From the NCBI GenBank assembly GCA_050250255.1, contig JBFWOZ010000020.1:1-52479 (forward strand): DNA of 52,479 nt, written 5' to 3'. The stretch comes from Bdellovibrionales bacterium. Its GTDB lineage: Bacteria > Bdellovibrionota > Bdellovibrionia > Bdellovibrionales > DASUEL01. Positions 28,941 to 38,990 of this stretch are shown here, one piece after another; position 1 is the first letter of the stretch; each line of letters starts with the position of its first letter. Position numbers and translations under genes: made by a program. The notes below the pieces were generated by a model. It ran no database searches and had not been told where the DNA came from. It was given only the letters and a program-made list of their open reading frames with translations.

Positions 28941-29328
28941 CCTCTTGGCCTCCTTTGCCGAGGGATTTCACAACATATGTTGAGCCGTTGGATTCATAGA
29001 TGAATTCATTGCCCCACGGGTCGCGAAGTTGTGCATCTTTTTTCACATATGGGCCATTCCAGTTGGCACATTGTTCTGGCTTAGTGACGAGAGCTTTTAA
29101 ACCTACTTCAGACGATGGATAGGTTTGGCAATCCAAGTAATAAGCCTCAAGTTCTTTCATGATGTTGCTCATTTGGATTTTGGCTTGTTTTGTTTGGGAG
29201 CTAAAAAACTTTGGCATCACTTGAGTGGCAAGAACAGTCATCAGACCGCCCACGATCACAAGAACGATCATGATTTCCACGAGAGTCATACCTTTTTGAT
29301 TTTTCCATTGTTTGAACATTTTTTTCAT
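28897..29328 (-). CDS. gspG: Type II secretion major pseudopilin G
   Basis: G|MTLVEIMIV; YPS..GLKALV; WNGPY; DPWGNEF. Confidence 0.93.
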   Translation of the reverse strand: MKKMFKQWKNQKGMTLVEIMIVLVIVGGLMTVLATQVMPKFFSSQTKQAKIQMSNIMKELEAYYLDCQTYPSSEVGLKALVTKPEQCANWNGPYVKKDAQLRDPWGNEFIYESNGSTYVVKSLGKGGQEGGTSNEADISSEEL

Positions 29329-29935
29329 TTCGAATTCCTATAAAGACTATGGGTTTTGCTTGGGTCTCGGCCTTAAGAATATTTTATCAATTCTTAAGAC
29401 CAAAACCAGTTAAACCTTTTTAATCCTCAAACTCAATTCAGCCAGAGGCGTTTACACGCCCTAGTTTGATTTATTTGAGAAATCTCAAAGGCTTATAGTC
29501 ACTTATTGTATCGAGATGAGAAGGCTTGTCCAATGATGACGCCAGTTGGCGATAAGGCAGGAGAGAGGGAAGAAAAGATCCCCTCGCAGCCCCATTCTTG
29601 GGGCCATCGAAGGAAAAGGTTTAGAGTTTTTTGCAGAAAGATCCATGTCTATCAGACTGATCGGTTTTTTAAGACCGAGGCTTTGTTGAAGAACTTTTTG
29701 GAGGCGCTCACGATCGCTATGTCCAGTGAGATAAGAGTCTCCTCATCTCACCATGCCTGAATCAATTTTCAAAATTGAGGTACGGTACATGTTGTTAACA
29801 CAATCAATAGGGGACACGGAGCTGGCCTGAGCTGATAAGCTCAATGTAACGCCAAGAGATTCCATATGAGCAATACCCAATATCGTTAATACCAAAAAAT
29901 TTCAGAGGATTAAATCAGAGAAAGGAGCTGGCGTT

Positions 29936-30056
29936 CGAGCTACCAAATAAAAATACAGTGTCAAAAACGAGTTCCGCAGGAAACTTCCACATGCAATGTG
30001 GAAGTTTCCGAGGACTGTCTGAGCTTTTTGACACTGTATTTTTATTTGGTAGCTCG
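29936..30056. repeat. 121-nt nested perfect inverted repeat (MITE/REPIN-like hairpin)
   Basis: 32-bp perfect arms 29936-29967 and 30025-30056; inner 14-bp perfect arms 29979-29992 and 29996-30009 with a GCA loop. Confidence 0.9.
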
Positions 30057-30089
30057 CCGAGAAGTCTTAATATTCCTAACAAAAGGGCA

Positions 30090-31313
30090 TTAAACGTTCG
30101 CCATATTGCTCATCTGGAAAATCGGCACCATGATGGCGAATACGATAATCGCAACGACGATACCCATGACTACAATCATGACAGGTTCCATAACGCTTGT
30201 GAGGCCTTGCACCTTATTTTTCACTTGGAAGTCATAGGATTCACTGACCTGAGCCAGCATGAACTCAAGTTCACCCGTTTTTTCACCAATGTTGATCATG
30301 TGAATCACGATAGGGGGGAACTCGTTTGATTTTTTCATAGGGCCCGCGATCGTTTCCCCTTCTGAAATATTATTGCGAGCGTCAGTAATGGCTTTTGCCA
30401 AAACGGCATTTCCCACGACGTTTCGAACAATGTCCATGGCATTCAGCATCGGTACGCCACCGGCGAGAAGAGTGGAGAGTGTGCGGGTAAAACGACTCAC
30501 GGCGATCATACGCGCCAAACCGCCCACAACGGGAAGTTTTAAAATGATGGTATCCCATTGGGCGCTGCCTTCTTCGGTGGCTTTCCAATTTCGGAATAAA
30601 AAGTAGGTCATGACTCCAACGGTTCCAATCACAAACCAATACGCCGTGAGGAAGTCGCTAATGCTAATAATGGCGAGCGTGTACCAAGGTAGTTTCATAT
30701 CTGCTTGGGCAAAGATGTCAGTGATTTTAGGAACAACGTAAATAAAAAGGACAAAGAGAAGTCCTGTCGTAAAAATGGTCATGATGACCGGATACATCAT
30801 CGCTGATTTGATTTTTGAGTTGAGTTCGTTCTGGGCTTCTGTGAATTCCGCGAGGCGAAGAAGAATCACATCCAGCGTGCCTGACATTTCTCCCGCTTCA
30901 CACATTGAGACATAAATTTTTGTGAAAATTTTTGGATATTTCGAAAGGGCTTTATTGAAAGAGGTCCCTTCGTTCACCATATTCTTAATGTCAGAGAGGG
31001 CTTCTTTCAAGACCAAGTTATCCACTTGCTCCGCAACCGCAGTTAAACTTTCTACGAGCGGAATATTGGATTTTAAAAGGGTGGCGAGTTGTCTCGTCAT
31101 AAGGGCTAAGTCTTCAATTTTGACTTTGCTGCCCGTGCCCTTGTTCTGGGTGCGTAAATTTTTAGCTTCCTGACGACCTTTATCTTTTAGGTTGCTAACA
31201 AATACGCCATCTTTTTTGAGTTTGGCGCGGGCCGAACGGGCGCTATCCGCATCGAGATTACCCCGCACGCTTTTGCCATTTTTATCCAAACCTTTGTATT
31301 CAAAAATTGGCAC
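30090..31313 (-). CDS. gspF: Type II secretion inner-membrane platform protein F
   Basis: TRQLATLL, AGEMSGTL, AMMYP, IGEKTGEL, EPVMIV. Confidence 0.95.
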   Translation of the reverse strand: MPIFEYKGLDKNGKSVRGNLDADSARSARAKLKKDGVFVSNLKDKGRQEAKNLRTQNKGTGSKVKIEDLALMTRQLATLLKSNIPLVESLTAVAEQVDNLVLKEALSDIKNMVNEGTSFNKALSKYPKIFTKIYVSMCEAGEMSGTLDVILLRLAEFTEAQNELNSKIKSAMMYPVIMTIFTTGLLFVLFIYVVPKITDIFAQADMKLPWYTLAIISISDFLTAYWFVIGTVGVMTYFLFRNWKATEEGSAQWDTIILKLPVVGGLARMIAVSRFTRTLSTLLAGGVPMLNAMDIVRNVVGNAVLAKAITDARNNISEGETIAGPMKKSNEFPPIVIHMINIGEKTGELEFMLAQVSESYDFQVKNKVQGLTSVMEPVMIVVMGIVVAIIVFAIMVPIFQMSNMANV

Positions 31314-31331
31314 GGAGTTATTCCTTCAGTA

Positions 31332-33023
31332 TTAAGTATCCACCTGAGTGTTCGCAACAAGTTCTTCAATAGTCGTAATACCCTGGAGAACTTTTTTTAC
31401 GCCATCGGAACGAATGGGAACCATGCCGCCGGTTTCAATGGCCGCGCGCTTAATGCTATTTCCATCTTTTCTTTGAAGAATGAGTTGGCGAACTTCTTCG
31501 GAAATACTCATAAGCTCCGAAACGACAGATCGTCCGATATAACCTTTTTGATTACATTGGTTACAGCCCATCGCTTTACAAATTTGCCCTTGTTGAGCCT
31601 GTTCCCGAGTGATTCCTAGAGTTCCTAGTTCCACATCTGTCGCTTCGTAAGCGACTTTGCAATGAGGACAGAGAACGCGCACAAGTCGTTGTGCCATCAC
31701 ACCTAAAAGAGAACTTGCGATCAAGAACGGTTCGCAACCCATATCAAGAAGACGGGGAACGACACCGGCAGAATCGTTGGTGTGAAGAGTCGAGAGAACT
31801 AAGTGACCCGTGAGGGATGCGTTGATCGCGATCTCGGCCGTTTCGTAGTCACGAATCTCCCCGATCATAATCACATCGGGATCTTGACGAAGAATGGCGC
31901 GTAAGCCATTTGCAAAGGTGAGACCGATTTTAGGATTCACTTGCGTTTGTCCCACCCCATGAAGTCGTTGCTCCACCGGATCTTCTACGGTCACGATATT
32001 GAGATCGGTACTATTGATCTTTGTGAGACACGCATAGAGAGTCGTGGATTTACCGCTACCGGTAGGTCCGGTGACAAGAATAATTCCGTGAGTTTTAAGG
32101 AGGAGTTGATCAATATGGGTCATCAAGTCTTCGCCAAAGCCTAATTGATCTAAAGACAGAATCACGTTCGATCTATCCTGAAGACGCATCACGAGTCTCT
32201 CGCCGTGAGAAGTGGGGAGGGAGCTTAAACGAATGTCGATGTCTTTACCTGCAAGTTTTAAAGGTATGCGTCCATCCTGAGGAAGACGTTTCTCGGCGAT
32301 ATTGAGATTCGCCATAACTTTAATTCTGGAAGTGATTGCGTTTTGAAGTTTTTTGGGTGGTTTAAAAATATCATATAAAACACCGTCAATACGAAACCGC
32401 ACAACCATGTCTCGTTCGTAAGGTTCAATATGAATATCGGAAGCTTTTTCTTTTACCGCGCGAAAGAGAAGTGTGTTCACGAGCTTAATCACGGGCGCAT
32501 CGTCATCACCAGATTCTAAAAGATCGATGATCGGCTCATCGAGGTCGTATTCTTCTTGTTCGATTTCATCAAGGCCCTCAAGGGCCGCGGTGCTTTTTTC
32601 GTAAACGCGGTTGATAGCGTCCTGAAGACGAGCGCTAGTGGTGAGGAGAGGTTTTGTGCGTTTATTAAAAAGTACCTGCATGTCATTGAGGATTTTCGAG
32701 TTCAATGGATTAGAAACTAAAATTGTAATTACATCCGGATCATCTTTGTAAGGAAGAACTTCATGAGTCTTCGCATAGTTAATTGGAATTTTACGAATCA
32801 AATCGACAGAGATATCGTTCACGGGAATGTCTTTAATAAATTGAAGATGCATCTCTTGGCAAAGAGCGGCCAAGAGCTCCTCTGCGGTATTGAGATGCGT
32901 TTGATTTAGCATCTCCCCGATCGTAGGGCCCTTATCTGAATTGGACTTCAGCAAAAATTTTAACTGGTCGGGAGTTAAGCTTGTATTTTTAAGCAGGACT
33001 CCCGAAACATGTTCAATGGCCAT
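31332..33023 (-). CDS. gspE: Type II secretion ATPase E
   Basis: ASDIHIEP, Walker A GPTGSGKSTT, LRQDPDVIMIGEIRD, CPHC/CNQC zinc site. Confidence 0.96.
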   Translation of the reverse strand: MAIEHVSGVLLKNTSLTPDQLKFLLKSNSDKGPTIGEMLNQTHLNTAEELLAALCQEMHLQFIKDIPVNDISVDLIRKIPINYAKTHEVLPYKDDPDVITILVSNPLNSKILNDMQVLFNKRTKPLLTTSARLQDAINRVYEKSTAALEGLDEIEQEEYDLDEPIIDLLESGDDDAPVIKLVNTLLFRAVKEKASDIHIEPYERDMVVRFRIDGVLYDIFKPPKKLQNAITSRIKVMANLNIAEKRLPQDGRIPLKLAGKDIDIRLSSLPTSHGERLVMRLQDRSNVILSLDQLGFGEDLMTHIDQLLLKTHGIILVTGPTGSGKSTTLYACLTKINSTDLNIVTVEDPVEQRLHGVGQTQVNPKIGLTFANGLRAILRQDPDVIMIGEIRDYETAEIAINASLTGHLVLSTLHTNDSAGVVPRLLDMGCEPFLIASSLLGVMAQRLVRVLCPHCKVAYEATDVELGTLGITREQAQQGQICKAMGCNQCNQKGYIGRSVVSELMSISEEVRQLILQRKDGNSIKRAAIETGGMVPIRSDGVKKVLQGITTIEELVANTQVDT

Positions 33024-33034
33024 ACTTTAAAATC

Positions 33035-35422
33035 TCACTCTGTGGCAGTCTCTTCAAGAGGAATATCTTCCTCATTTTCTGTTGACTCTTTTGCTGGAGG
33101 AGCTGGTGGCTGTTTAGCCGCTTGACTCAACGCCAAGTCGGCTTTGCGTTGAATTTTCTCAGCGTCGGCACCAAATGGATCACGACCACCCATATTGTTA
33201 CGGATGTATTCTACACGATCCGCCATTTTTCGGCTGAGTACTCTATCTGCATCGGTTTTTGTTCGTAGAACGTAAGGAGTCAGGAACACAAGTAGATTCA
33301 CTTTCTCTTTTTTGGTCGTTTTACCTTTAAAGAGCCAACCTAAAATGGGAATATCACCTAAAAGAGGAACCTTCGTGATGTTTTCGGTTTCCACATCTTT
33401 CATGAGACCACCCAGAACTGCCGTGTCTCCGTTTCTTACAACGATTTGGGACTTTAAATTTCTCTTTGTTGTTGTGAGGGCCACCTTTGAAAGTTCGCCA
33501 GCGGCGACTTGGTTCCCGATCTGTTTCACGAGTTGGTCAAACTCTAAGCGAATCGTGTCATCCGTTCTACTCAAATGAGGTTTGATCGTGAGTTTAATGG
33601 TCACGTCTTCACGGGTGGCCGTGGTGCTTGCAGACGTTGCACTTGTATTGTTACTGAGAGTGACCGGAACAGTGTCGCCCACTTCAATCGTTGCTTCTTC
33701 GTTGTCCATCGCAAGTACCTGTGGAGTGGAGAGGATGTTCACTGTACCTACAGACTTCAAAAAGTTAATGAAGCCAAGAGTGGAGGTGACCTTCACCGTT
33801 TTATCTCCTAGGGCCATATCGAAAGTTTCCCCACTTCCGAATCCTAAAATAGCGCCCGACGCTCCTGGATTTAAAAGACTTGTTAAGTTGCCGCTGGAAA
33901 ATCCGGTACGAGCGACCCCTTTAGATGCGGGATCAAACTTAAAGTAATTCACTCCATAGTCTTGGCCATTGCTGGCTGACATTTCCATGATGACGGCTTC
34001 GACGTAGACCTGATCACGAGGAATATCGATTTTTCCCATGAGATTCATGAGCACTTGATAATCTTGGCGGCTCGCTGTGATGATCAAACTATTTGTCTCT
34101 TTGCTGTGAGTGATTTTCACCTCGCCACCAAAGATTGGCTGAGTTTGCTCGGAAGGAAGAATAGGGGGGGCTCCGGGAGCACCAGGGGTTGTCGTTGCCG
34201 TTTGCTGTTTTTTCGCATCGGTTGCGAGGCCGTTAAGGGTTGTCGCAATTTTTTCGGCATCTCCGTGTTTTACGTAATAAACATAAACGCCACCGGCTTC
34301 GTCGGGTCTAACGCGACGATCGAGTTTGGTAACGAGTTCACGAATTTTTTCAATCCCTGCACGATTCCCCACCACGATGATGGAGTTGGTACGATCATCA
34401 GGAATCACGAGAGAAAACGCATCTGAAGCACCGGATTTCTGCGTTTGTCCAAAACGGGGAATACCCGAAGTAAAACCACCACTGCCTTGATTCTTTTTGC
34501 TAGCACCTTTATTGATAATTTGATCCATCAATTCAGCGATGTCTTTGGCTTTCGCGTGTTTGATAGTGATGAGTTCAAGTTGTTCTTCAAAACCTTTGAC
34601 GTCGAGTTCTTTAAGAATTCCGGTGATGCGTTCTACGTTGGAACCGAAGTCAGAAAGAATCAAAGAGTTGGTCGGTTCGTAGACGCTAATATCGCCAAAC
34701 TTACTCGAGAGGTTACGAAGTTTCGTGTTCACGTCGGCGGCGCTAATGTGTTTTAAGTGCACGATCCGCGTGATCATCTGATCGGTATCGGGAGAGTATG
34801 CGCCGGAGTAAGTTTCAATGCTATCTTTTTGAGCATCACGGGCAGGCTTTACCTTCATGAATTTTCCGCTTGGAACAACGCTAAATCCGTTGATCGCAAG
34901 TGCCGAAAGAAAAGCTTTATAAGCTTCGGCGACGGTGATTTTGCTGGGAGCAATGATCGTGATTTTTCCGCGAACGCCTGGATCAACAATGAAATTCTTC
35001 CCGGTGAGTTCGCTCATCGCTTTGATCACATCGGTGATCTCGGCGTTCGGGTAGTCAAAACTATCGATCAAGTCAGGATAATTCTCGTTCGTGATCTCAT
35101 CACTGCTAGCTTCGCTGATAGGTCGGCGTTTACGAGGAGACCCCGCACGACTTGGTCCACTGCTATCGTTAGAAGAAGGGGGATTGAAAGTGCTTGGTGG
35201 ATCCTGAGGAGGAGGATTGTCCATAGTTCCTGGAGGAGGGGGTTCGCTAGGAATAAAAGTTCCAGGAGGAGGGGCATCGAAGTCATCTTCGTTCAGAAAA
35301 TCTTCGGGAGGAATGGGCTGAGCCGAAAGCTCATGGGTTGGCATCGCAAGACAAAATAGAAAGAGTCCTACGAGCCATAACCGATGTGGTTGCATGTTAT
35401 TCATTGGGTTAAGTCCTTCCAT
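33035..35422 (-). CDS. gspD: Type II secretion secretin D
   Basis: Signal peptide, N-domain repeats (TNSLI), QVYVEAVIME, KVPLLGDIPILGWLF. Confidence 0.95.
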   Translation of the reverse strand: MEGLNPMNNMQPHRLWLVGLFLFCLAMPTHELSAQPIPPEDFLNEDDFDAPPPGTFIPSEPPPPGTMDNPPPQDPPSTFNPPSSNDSSGPSRAGSPRKRRPISEASSDEITNENYPDLIDSFDYPNAEITDVIKAMSELTGKNFIVDPGVRGKITIIAPSKITVAEAYKAFLSALAINGFSVVPSGKFMKVKPARDAQKDSIETYSGAYSPDTDQMITRIVHLKHISAADVNTKLRNLSSKFGDISVYEPTNSLILSDFGSNVERITGILKELDVKGFEEQLELITIKHAKAKDIAELMDQIINKGASKKNQGSGGFTSGIPRFGQTQKSGASDAFSLVIPDDRTNSIIVVGNRAGIEKIRELVTKLDRRVRPDEAGGVYVYYVKHGDAEKIATTLNGLATDAKKQQTATTTPGAPGAPPILPSEQTQPIFGGEVKITHSKETNSLIITASRQDYQVLMNLMGKIDIPRDQVYVEAVIMEMSASNGQDYGVNYFKFDPASKGVARTGFSSGNLTSLLNPGASGAILGFGSGETFDMALGDKTVKVTSTLGFINFLKSVGTVNILSTPQVLAMDNEEATIEVGDTVPVTLSNNTSATSASTTATREDVTIKLTIKPHLSRTDDTIRLEFDQLVKQIGNQVAAGELSKVALTTTKRNLKSQIVVRNGDTAVLGGLMKDVETENITKVPLLGDIPILGWLFKGKTTKKEKVNLLVFLTPYVLRTKTDADRVLSRKMADRVEYIRNNMGGRDPFGADAEKIQRKADLALSQAAKQPPAPPAKESTENEEDIPLEETATE

Positions 35423-35443
35423 GGATCCTCCTCATCCTCACTA

Positions 35444-36388
35444 CTACTGGATCGAGTAGTTGAGGTTTTCAAATCGACCATTTCGTTCAACCCCAATTGA
35501 GATCGAACCCGCGGTTTTCAGCTCATTGTAGAGCTCAAGCGCGCGTGCTGGTGAATCGACTTTCTGTCCGTTAACTTCTGTTAAAATGTCGTTTTTATTT
35601 AAACCGATTTGTTCAAAAATACTTCCTGGCTGGATATCGAGAATAATAAATCCCGTGGCCTTCGAACTTCCTGGGGGAGTGTAGGGGACGGCTCTGGCTT
35701 GCTGAAGATGCTCAGGAAGATTCGTGATGAGCTTATCAATGAGAGATTTTTTGATGACGAAGTTATTTCCTCTTTGATCAATCTCGGTGCTCACCGCCCC
35801 AGGCTTCTTTTTTGTTTCGAAAACAATCGTGGAGTCGTCTTTGATTTCGATGTATTCGATGCGGTTGTTATTGCTGTTGCGAAAAATGGCTCGCTTACGA
35901 TCCACTTTTAAAAGTTTTGCAAGTCCTTCCATGTCGTCATTGGGAATGAAGGGCAGAATTTTGTTGGAATTTTTAATTTCTACAGTGGCGATAGACCTTG
36001 CGGGGTTTACGTGAACGATGGTGCCTACAAGAATGATAGGAAGTTGGGACAGTACTGGCACATTCTCATCAGAAGAAGAGGACCCGTCGCCACCGATGGG
36101 TGGAGGAACTAAACCGTCTGCATTGAAAATATTACGAGCTAAAATTTTATCGTAACTTGTCTGTGCCAGTGGACGTGGTGGAGGGGCCGGGCGTGCGGGA
36201 GGAGCACTCTTTGGCATCATCAAATCGCGATGACGAACAATCAAAAGATCAGCGGTAAGAAATGCGATAAAAAATAAAAGTCCGTAAATATAATATTTTT
36301 CACCACGCGGGCGTTCGCCAACCTGCGTTTGGCGCAGGCCATGAGATTCCTCACCAGACTTATTTTTTGTATTTATGGGTGTCGCCAA
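35444..36388 (-). CDS. gspC: Type II secretion protein C (TM, HR domain, PDZ)
   Basis: GGAGG RBS 8 nt before TTG 36388; RNIF, LVGTIV; C-terminal PDZ GLNKNDILTEVNG. Confidence 0.85.
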   Translation of the reverse strand: MATPINTKNKSGEESHGLRQTQVGERPRGEKYYIYGLLFFIAFLTADLLIVRHRDLMMPKSAPPARPAPPPRPLAQTSYDKILARNIFNADGLVPPPIGGDGSSSSDENVPVLSQLPIILVGTIVHVNPARSIATVEIKNSNKILPFIPNDDMEGLAKLLKVDRKRAIFRNSNNNRIEYIEIKDDSTIVFETKKKPGAVSTEIDQRGNNFVIKKSLIDKLITNLPEHLQQARAVPYTPPGSSKATGFIILDIQPGSIFEQIGLNKNDILTEVNGQKVDSPARALELYNELKTAGSISIGVERNGRFENLNYSIQ

Positions 36389-36530
36389 ATCAGTGGCCTC
36401 CGAAGAAAATTTTAGCAAATCTGACGACTTAGGTCATAGTAAAAGGACGCTCATACCCTCTCTCCTAGACTTTTGAGGGGCGAGAGTTCCCTCTAGCCAA
36501 AATTCCATTTTCGATGTAACATAATTGCTC

Positions 36531-37286
36531 ATGAACTCAGAGATCAAAACTTTCATTAACGGAATGGAAAAAGCCGGTCGTCTGGCAGCCGAAGCTCTAC
36601 AAAAATTAGGGCAAATGGTGAAGTCTGGAGTCACAACTGATGAGCTTGATAAAGCCGGTTACGATTTTCTCATGTCTCGCGGAGCGAAGCCTGCGCCCTT
36701 GAATTATCATGGTTTTCCTAAATCGATTTGCACTTCAGTGAACGAAGTGATCTGTCACGGGGTTCCATCCTCTCAAAAACTCAAGGAGGGCGACATCATC
36801 AATATCGATGTGACTTCGCTCTTGGACGGTTATCACGGAGATACCTCAGCAACTTTTTTCGTAGGTAAAGTTTCAGAAGCCGCTCAAAGAATCACTTTAG
36901 CTGCTCAAGAGGCGATGTTTAAAGGGATTGAGGCAATCGAACCGGGTGCTACGACTGGGGATATTGGTTTTGCTATTAACAAACATGCGACAAAAAAGGG
37001 ATTTTACGTAGTCCGCGATATTGGCGGTCACGGGATCGGAAAGATCTTCCACGACGAACCTTTTGTTCCTTCTTACGGAAAAAAGGGAAAAGGGGAGCCG
37101 CTGAAGCTTTGGCGATGTATCACGGTAGAGCCCATGATCAACGAAACGAACGCTCCGATGATTGAGCACGATATTCCAAATTCCAGTCACAAATGGTACG
37201 CCACCGCCGACAAATGTCTCTCCGCCCAGTTCGAACACACGGTGCTTATTACAGATAGTGGCTACCAAATCATGACTCAGCTATAG
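36531..37286 (+). CDS. map: Type I methionine aminopeptidase
   Basis: CTSVNEVICHG, DIINIDV, GYHGDTS, GHGIG..FH, TVEPM, SAQFEHT. Confidence 0.96.
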   Translation: MNSEIKTFINGMEKAGRLAAEALQKLGQMVKSGVTTDELDKAGYDFLMSRGAKPAPLNYHGFPKSICTSVNEVICHGVPSSQKLKEGDIINIDVTSLLDGYHGDTSATFFVGKVSEAAQRITLAAQEAMFKGIEAIEPGATTGDIGFAINKHATKKGFYVVRDIGGHGIGKIFHDEPFVPSYGKKGKGEPLKLWRCITVEPMINETNAPMIEHDIPNSSHKWYATADKCLSAQFEHTVLITDSGYQIMTQL

Positions 37287-37392
37287 TGTTTGGTGATCCC
37301 CTGCAATGCATAGGTTTAAAGATGTTAAAATTTAATTCCAGTCCTTTTTGTTGAGGCTTTGGCTCCGATCACAATTTGATCATGTGACGTTC

Positions 37393-37421
37393 TTGACTTG
37401 TTCTTCCGAGCTGCCTATTCT
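37393..37421 (+). promoter_or_regulatory. sigma70-like promoter of ahcY
   Basis: TTGACT-N17-TATTCT. Confidence 0.6.
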
Positions 37422-37469
37422 CGCCCTTCCAACCCATTATTTCGATGATTCATCGACAGGAGATAGACT

Positions 37470-38954
37470 GTGTCTGTACGTACAATGACTAAAAATGCTG
37501 CGCAGAATAAACATCAAAAAGCAGCTCAAAAAATGGCGAATGAAAAAGTTTTGAATGAAGGAAAAAACATGAAATCAAAAGCAGTTGCGAAGTCTGCTGG
37601 AAAAGCGACGTCGAAAAAAACAAATCTTGCTCAAGTCGATTACAAAGTTTGTCGTGAGGCTATGGAAGATCCTGCAAAATTTGAAGAGCTAGCTCGTTGG
37701 GGTCGTAAAGAAATCGAAATTGCCGAAACGGAAATGCCAGGTTTGATGGCACTTCGTGCGGAGTTTGGAAAATCTCAGCCACTCAAAGGTGCGCGCATTG
37801 CCGGCTGCCTTCATATGACGATCCAAACAGCAGTACTTATCGAAACTCTTACAGCTTTAGGTGCAGAGATTCGTTGGTCTTCTTGCAATATCTTCTCAAC
37901 GCAAGATCATGCTGCGGTGGCGATCGCGGCGGCAGGGATTCCGGTATTTGCTTGGAAAGGCGAAACTGTTGACGAAGCGAACTGGTGTATTGAGCAAACA
38001 ATCACTGGTTGGGGGCCTGAAGGCTACAACATGATTCTTGATGATGGTGGAGACCTCACCAACATGATGCACGAACCTCGTTTCGCAAAAGAAATGAAAA
38101 ACATCTTCGGAATTTCTGAAGAAACAACAACAGGCGTTCACAATCTTGAAAAACTACGTGAGCAAGGCAAACTCAAATGCCCAGCGATCAACGTGAATGA
38201 TTCTGTGACAAAATCAAAATTCGATAATCTCTACGGTTGCCGTGAATCCCTTGCAGACGGTATCAAGCGTGCGACAGATGTGATGCTCGCAGGAAAAGTC
38301 GTTATCGTCGCGGGTTACGGAGATGTGGGCAAAGGCTGTGCGGATTCTCTTCGTTCTTATGGTTCGCGCGTTCTTGTGACCGAAATCGATCCTATTTGTG
38401 CTCTTCAAGCGGCAATGGAAGGTTTTGAAGTAACGACTATGGAAAAAGCGATTCCTCAAGCCGACATCGTTGTGACTGCAACAGGCTGCTGCGACGTCAT
38501 CACAGATAAACACTTCTCCGCGATGAAAGACGGTACGATCGTTTGTAACATCGGTCACTTCGATATCGAAATCGATATGGCCTGGCTCAATAAAAATTCG
38601 AAAAAAGACGTCGTGAAGCCTCAAGTCGATATTCACACAATGAAAAACGGCAAAAAAGTGATCGTGCTTGCTGAAGGCCGTCTCGTGAATCTTGGTTGCG
38701 GAACAGGTCACCCCTCATTCGTAATGAGCAACTCGTTCACAAACCAGGTACTTGCTCAAATCGAACTCTTCACAAACCGTAAGAAGTACGCTGAGAAAAA
38801 AGTGTACCGCTTGCCAAAAGAACTCGATGAAAAAGTAGCCGCTCTTCACCTTGGGAAAATCGGCGTAGAACTCACAAAGCTCTCGTCGAAACAGTCCAAC
38901 TACTTGGGAATGTCACCAAAAGGTCCCTTCAAGCCAGAGCACTACCGCTACTAA
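37470..38954 (+). CDS. ahcY: Adenosylhomocysteinase
   Basis: [53 protein letters not shown] before GTG. Confidence 0.97.
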   Translation: MSVRTMTKNAAQNKHQKAAQKMANEKVLNEGKNMKSKAVAKSAGKATSKKTNLAQVDYKVCREAMEDPAKFEELARWGRKEIEIAETEMPGLMALRAEFGKSQPLKGARIAGCLHMTIQTAVLIETLTALGAEIRWSSCNIFSTQDHAAVAIAAAGIPVFAWKGETVDEANWCIEQTITGWGPEGYNMILDDGGDLTNMMHEPRFAKEMKNIFGISEETTTGVHNLEKLREQGKLKCPAINVNDSVTKSKFDNLYGCRESLADGIKRATDVMLAGKVVIVAGYGDVGKGCADSLRSYGSRVLVTEIDPICALQAAMEGFEVTTMEKAIPQADIVVTATGCCDVITDKHFSAMKDGTIVCNIGHFDIEIDMAWLNKNSKKDVVKPQVDIHTMKNGKKVIVLAEGRLVNLGCGTGHPSFVMSNSFTNQVLAQIELFTNRKKYAEKKVYRLPKELDEKVAALHLGKIGVELTKLSSKQSNYLGMSPKGPFKPEHYRY

Positions 38955-38974
38955 AAAGGTGCCAGGTTCCTTTT
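38954..38974. repeat. 21-bp quasi-palindrome AAAAGGTGC-N5-TCCTTTT, copy 2
   Basis: Directly at the ahcY stop; 16 flanking nt identical to 22276-22296. Confidence 0.45.
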
Positions 38975-38990
38975 CCGGGTCACAGCGCGT

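Noticed and set aside
29506..29760. 84-aa plus-strand ORF in the T2SS gap
   Set aside because: TTG start inside a regulatory-looking motif, no RBS and no recognisable protein features.
29936..30056. Retron msr-msd
   Set aside because: No reverse transcriptase adjacent or anywhere in the window.
36241..36342. Out-of-frame ATG with GAGGA RBS in gspC, suggesting a frameshift
   Set aside because: It gives only a 33-aa peptide; an in-frame TTG at 36388 with a GGAGG RBS explains gspC without a frameshift.
37287..37469. SAH or SAM riboswitch upstream of ahcY
   Set aside because: No recognisable consensus core, and the predicted promoter leaves only about 40 nt of leader.
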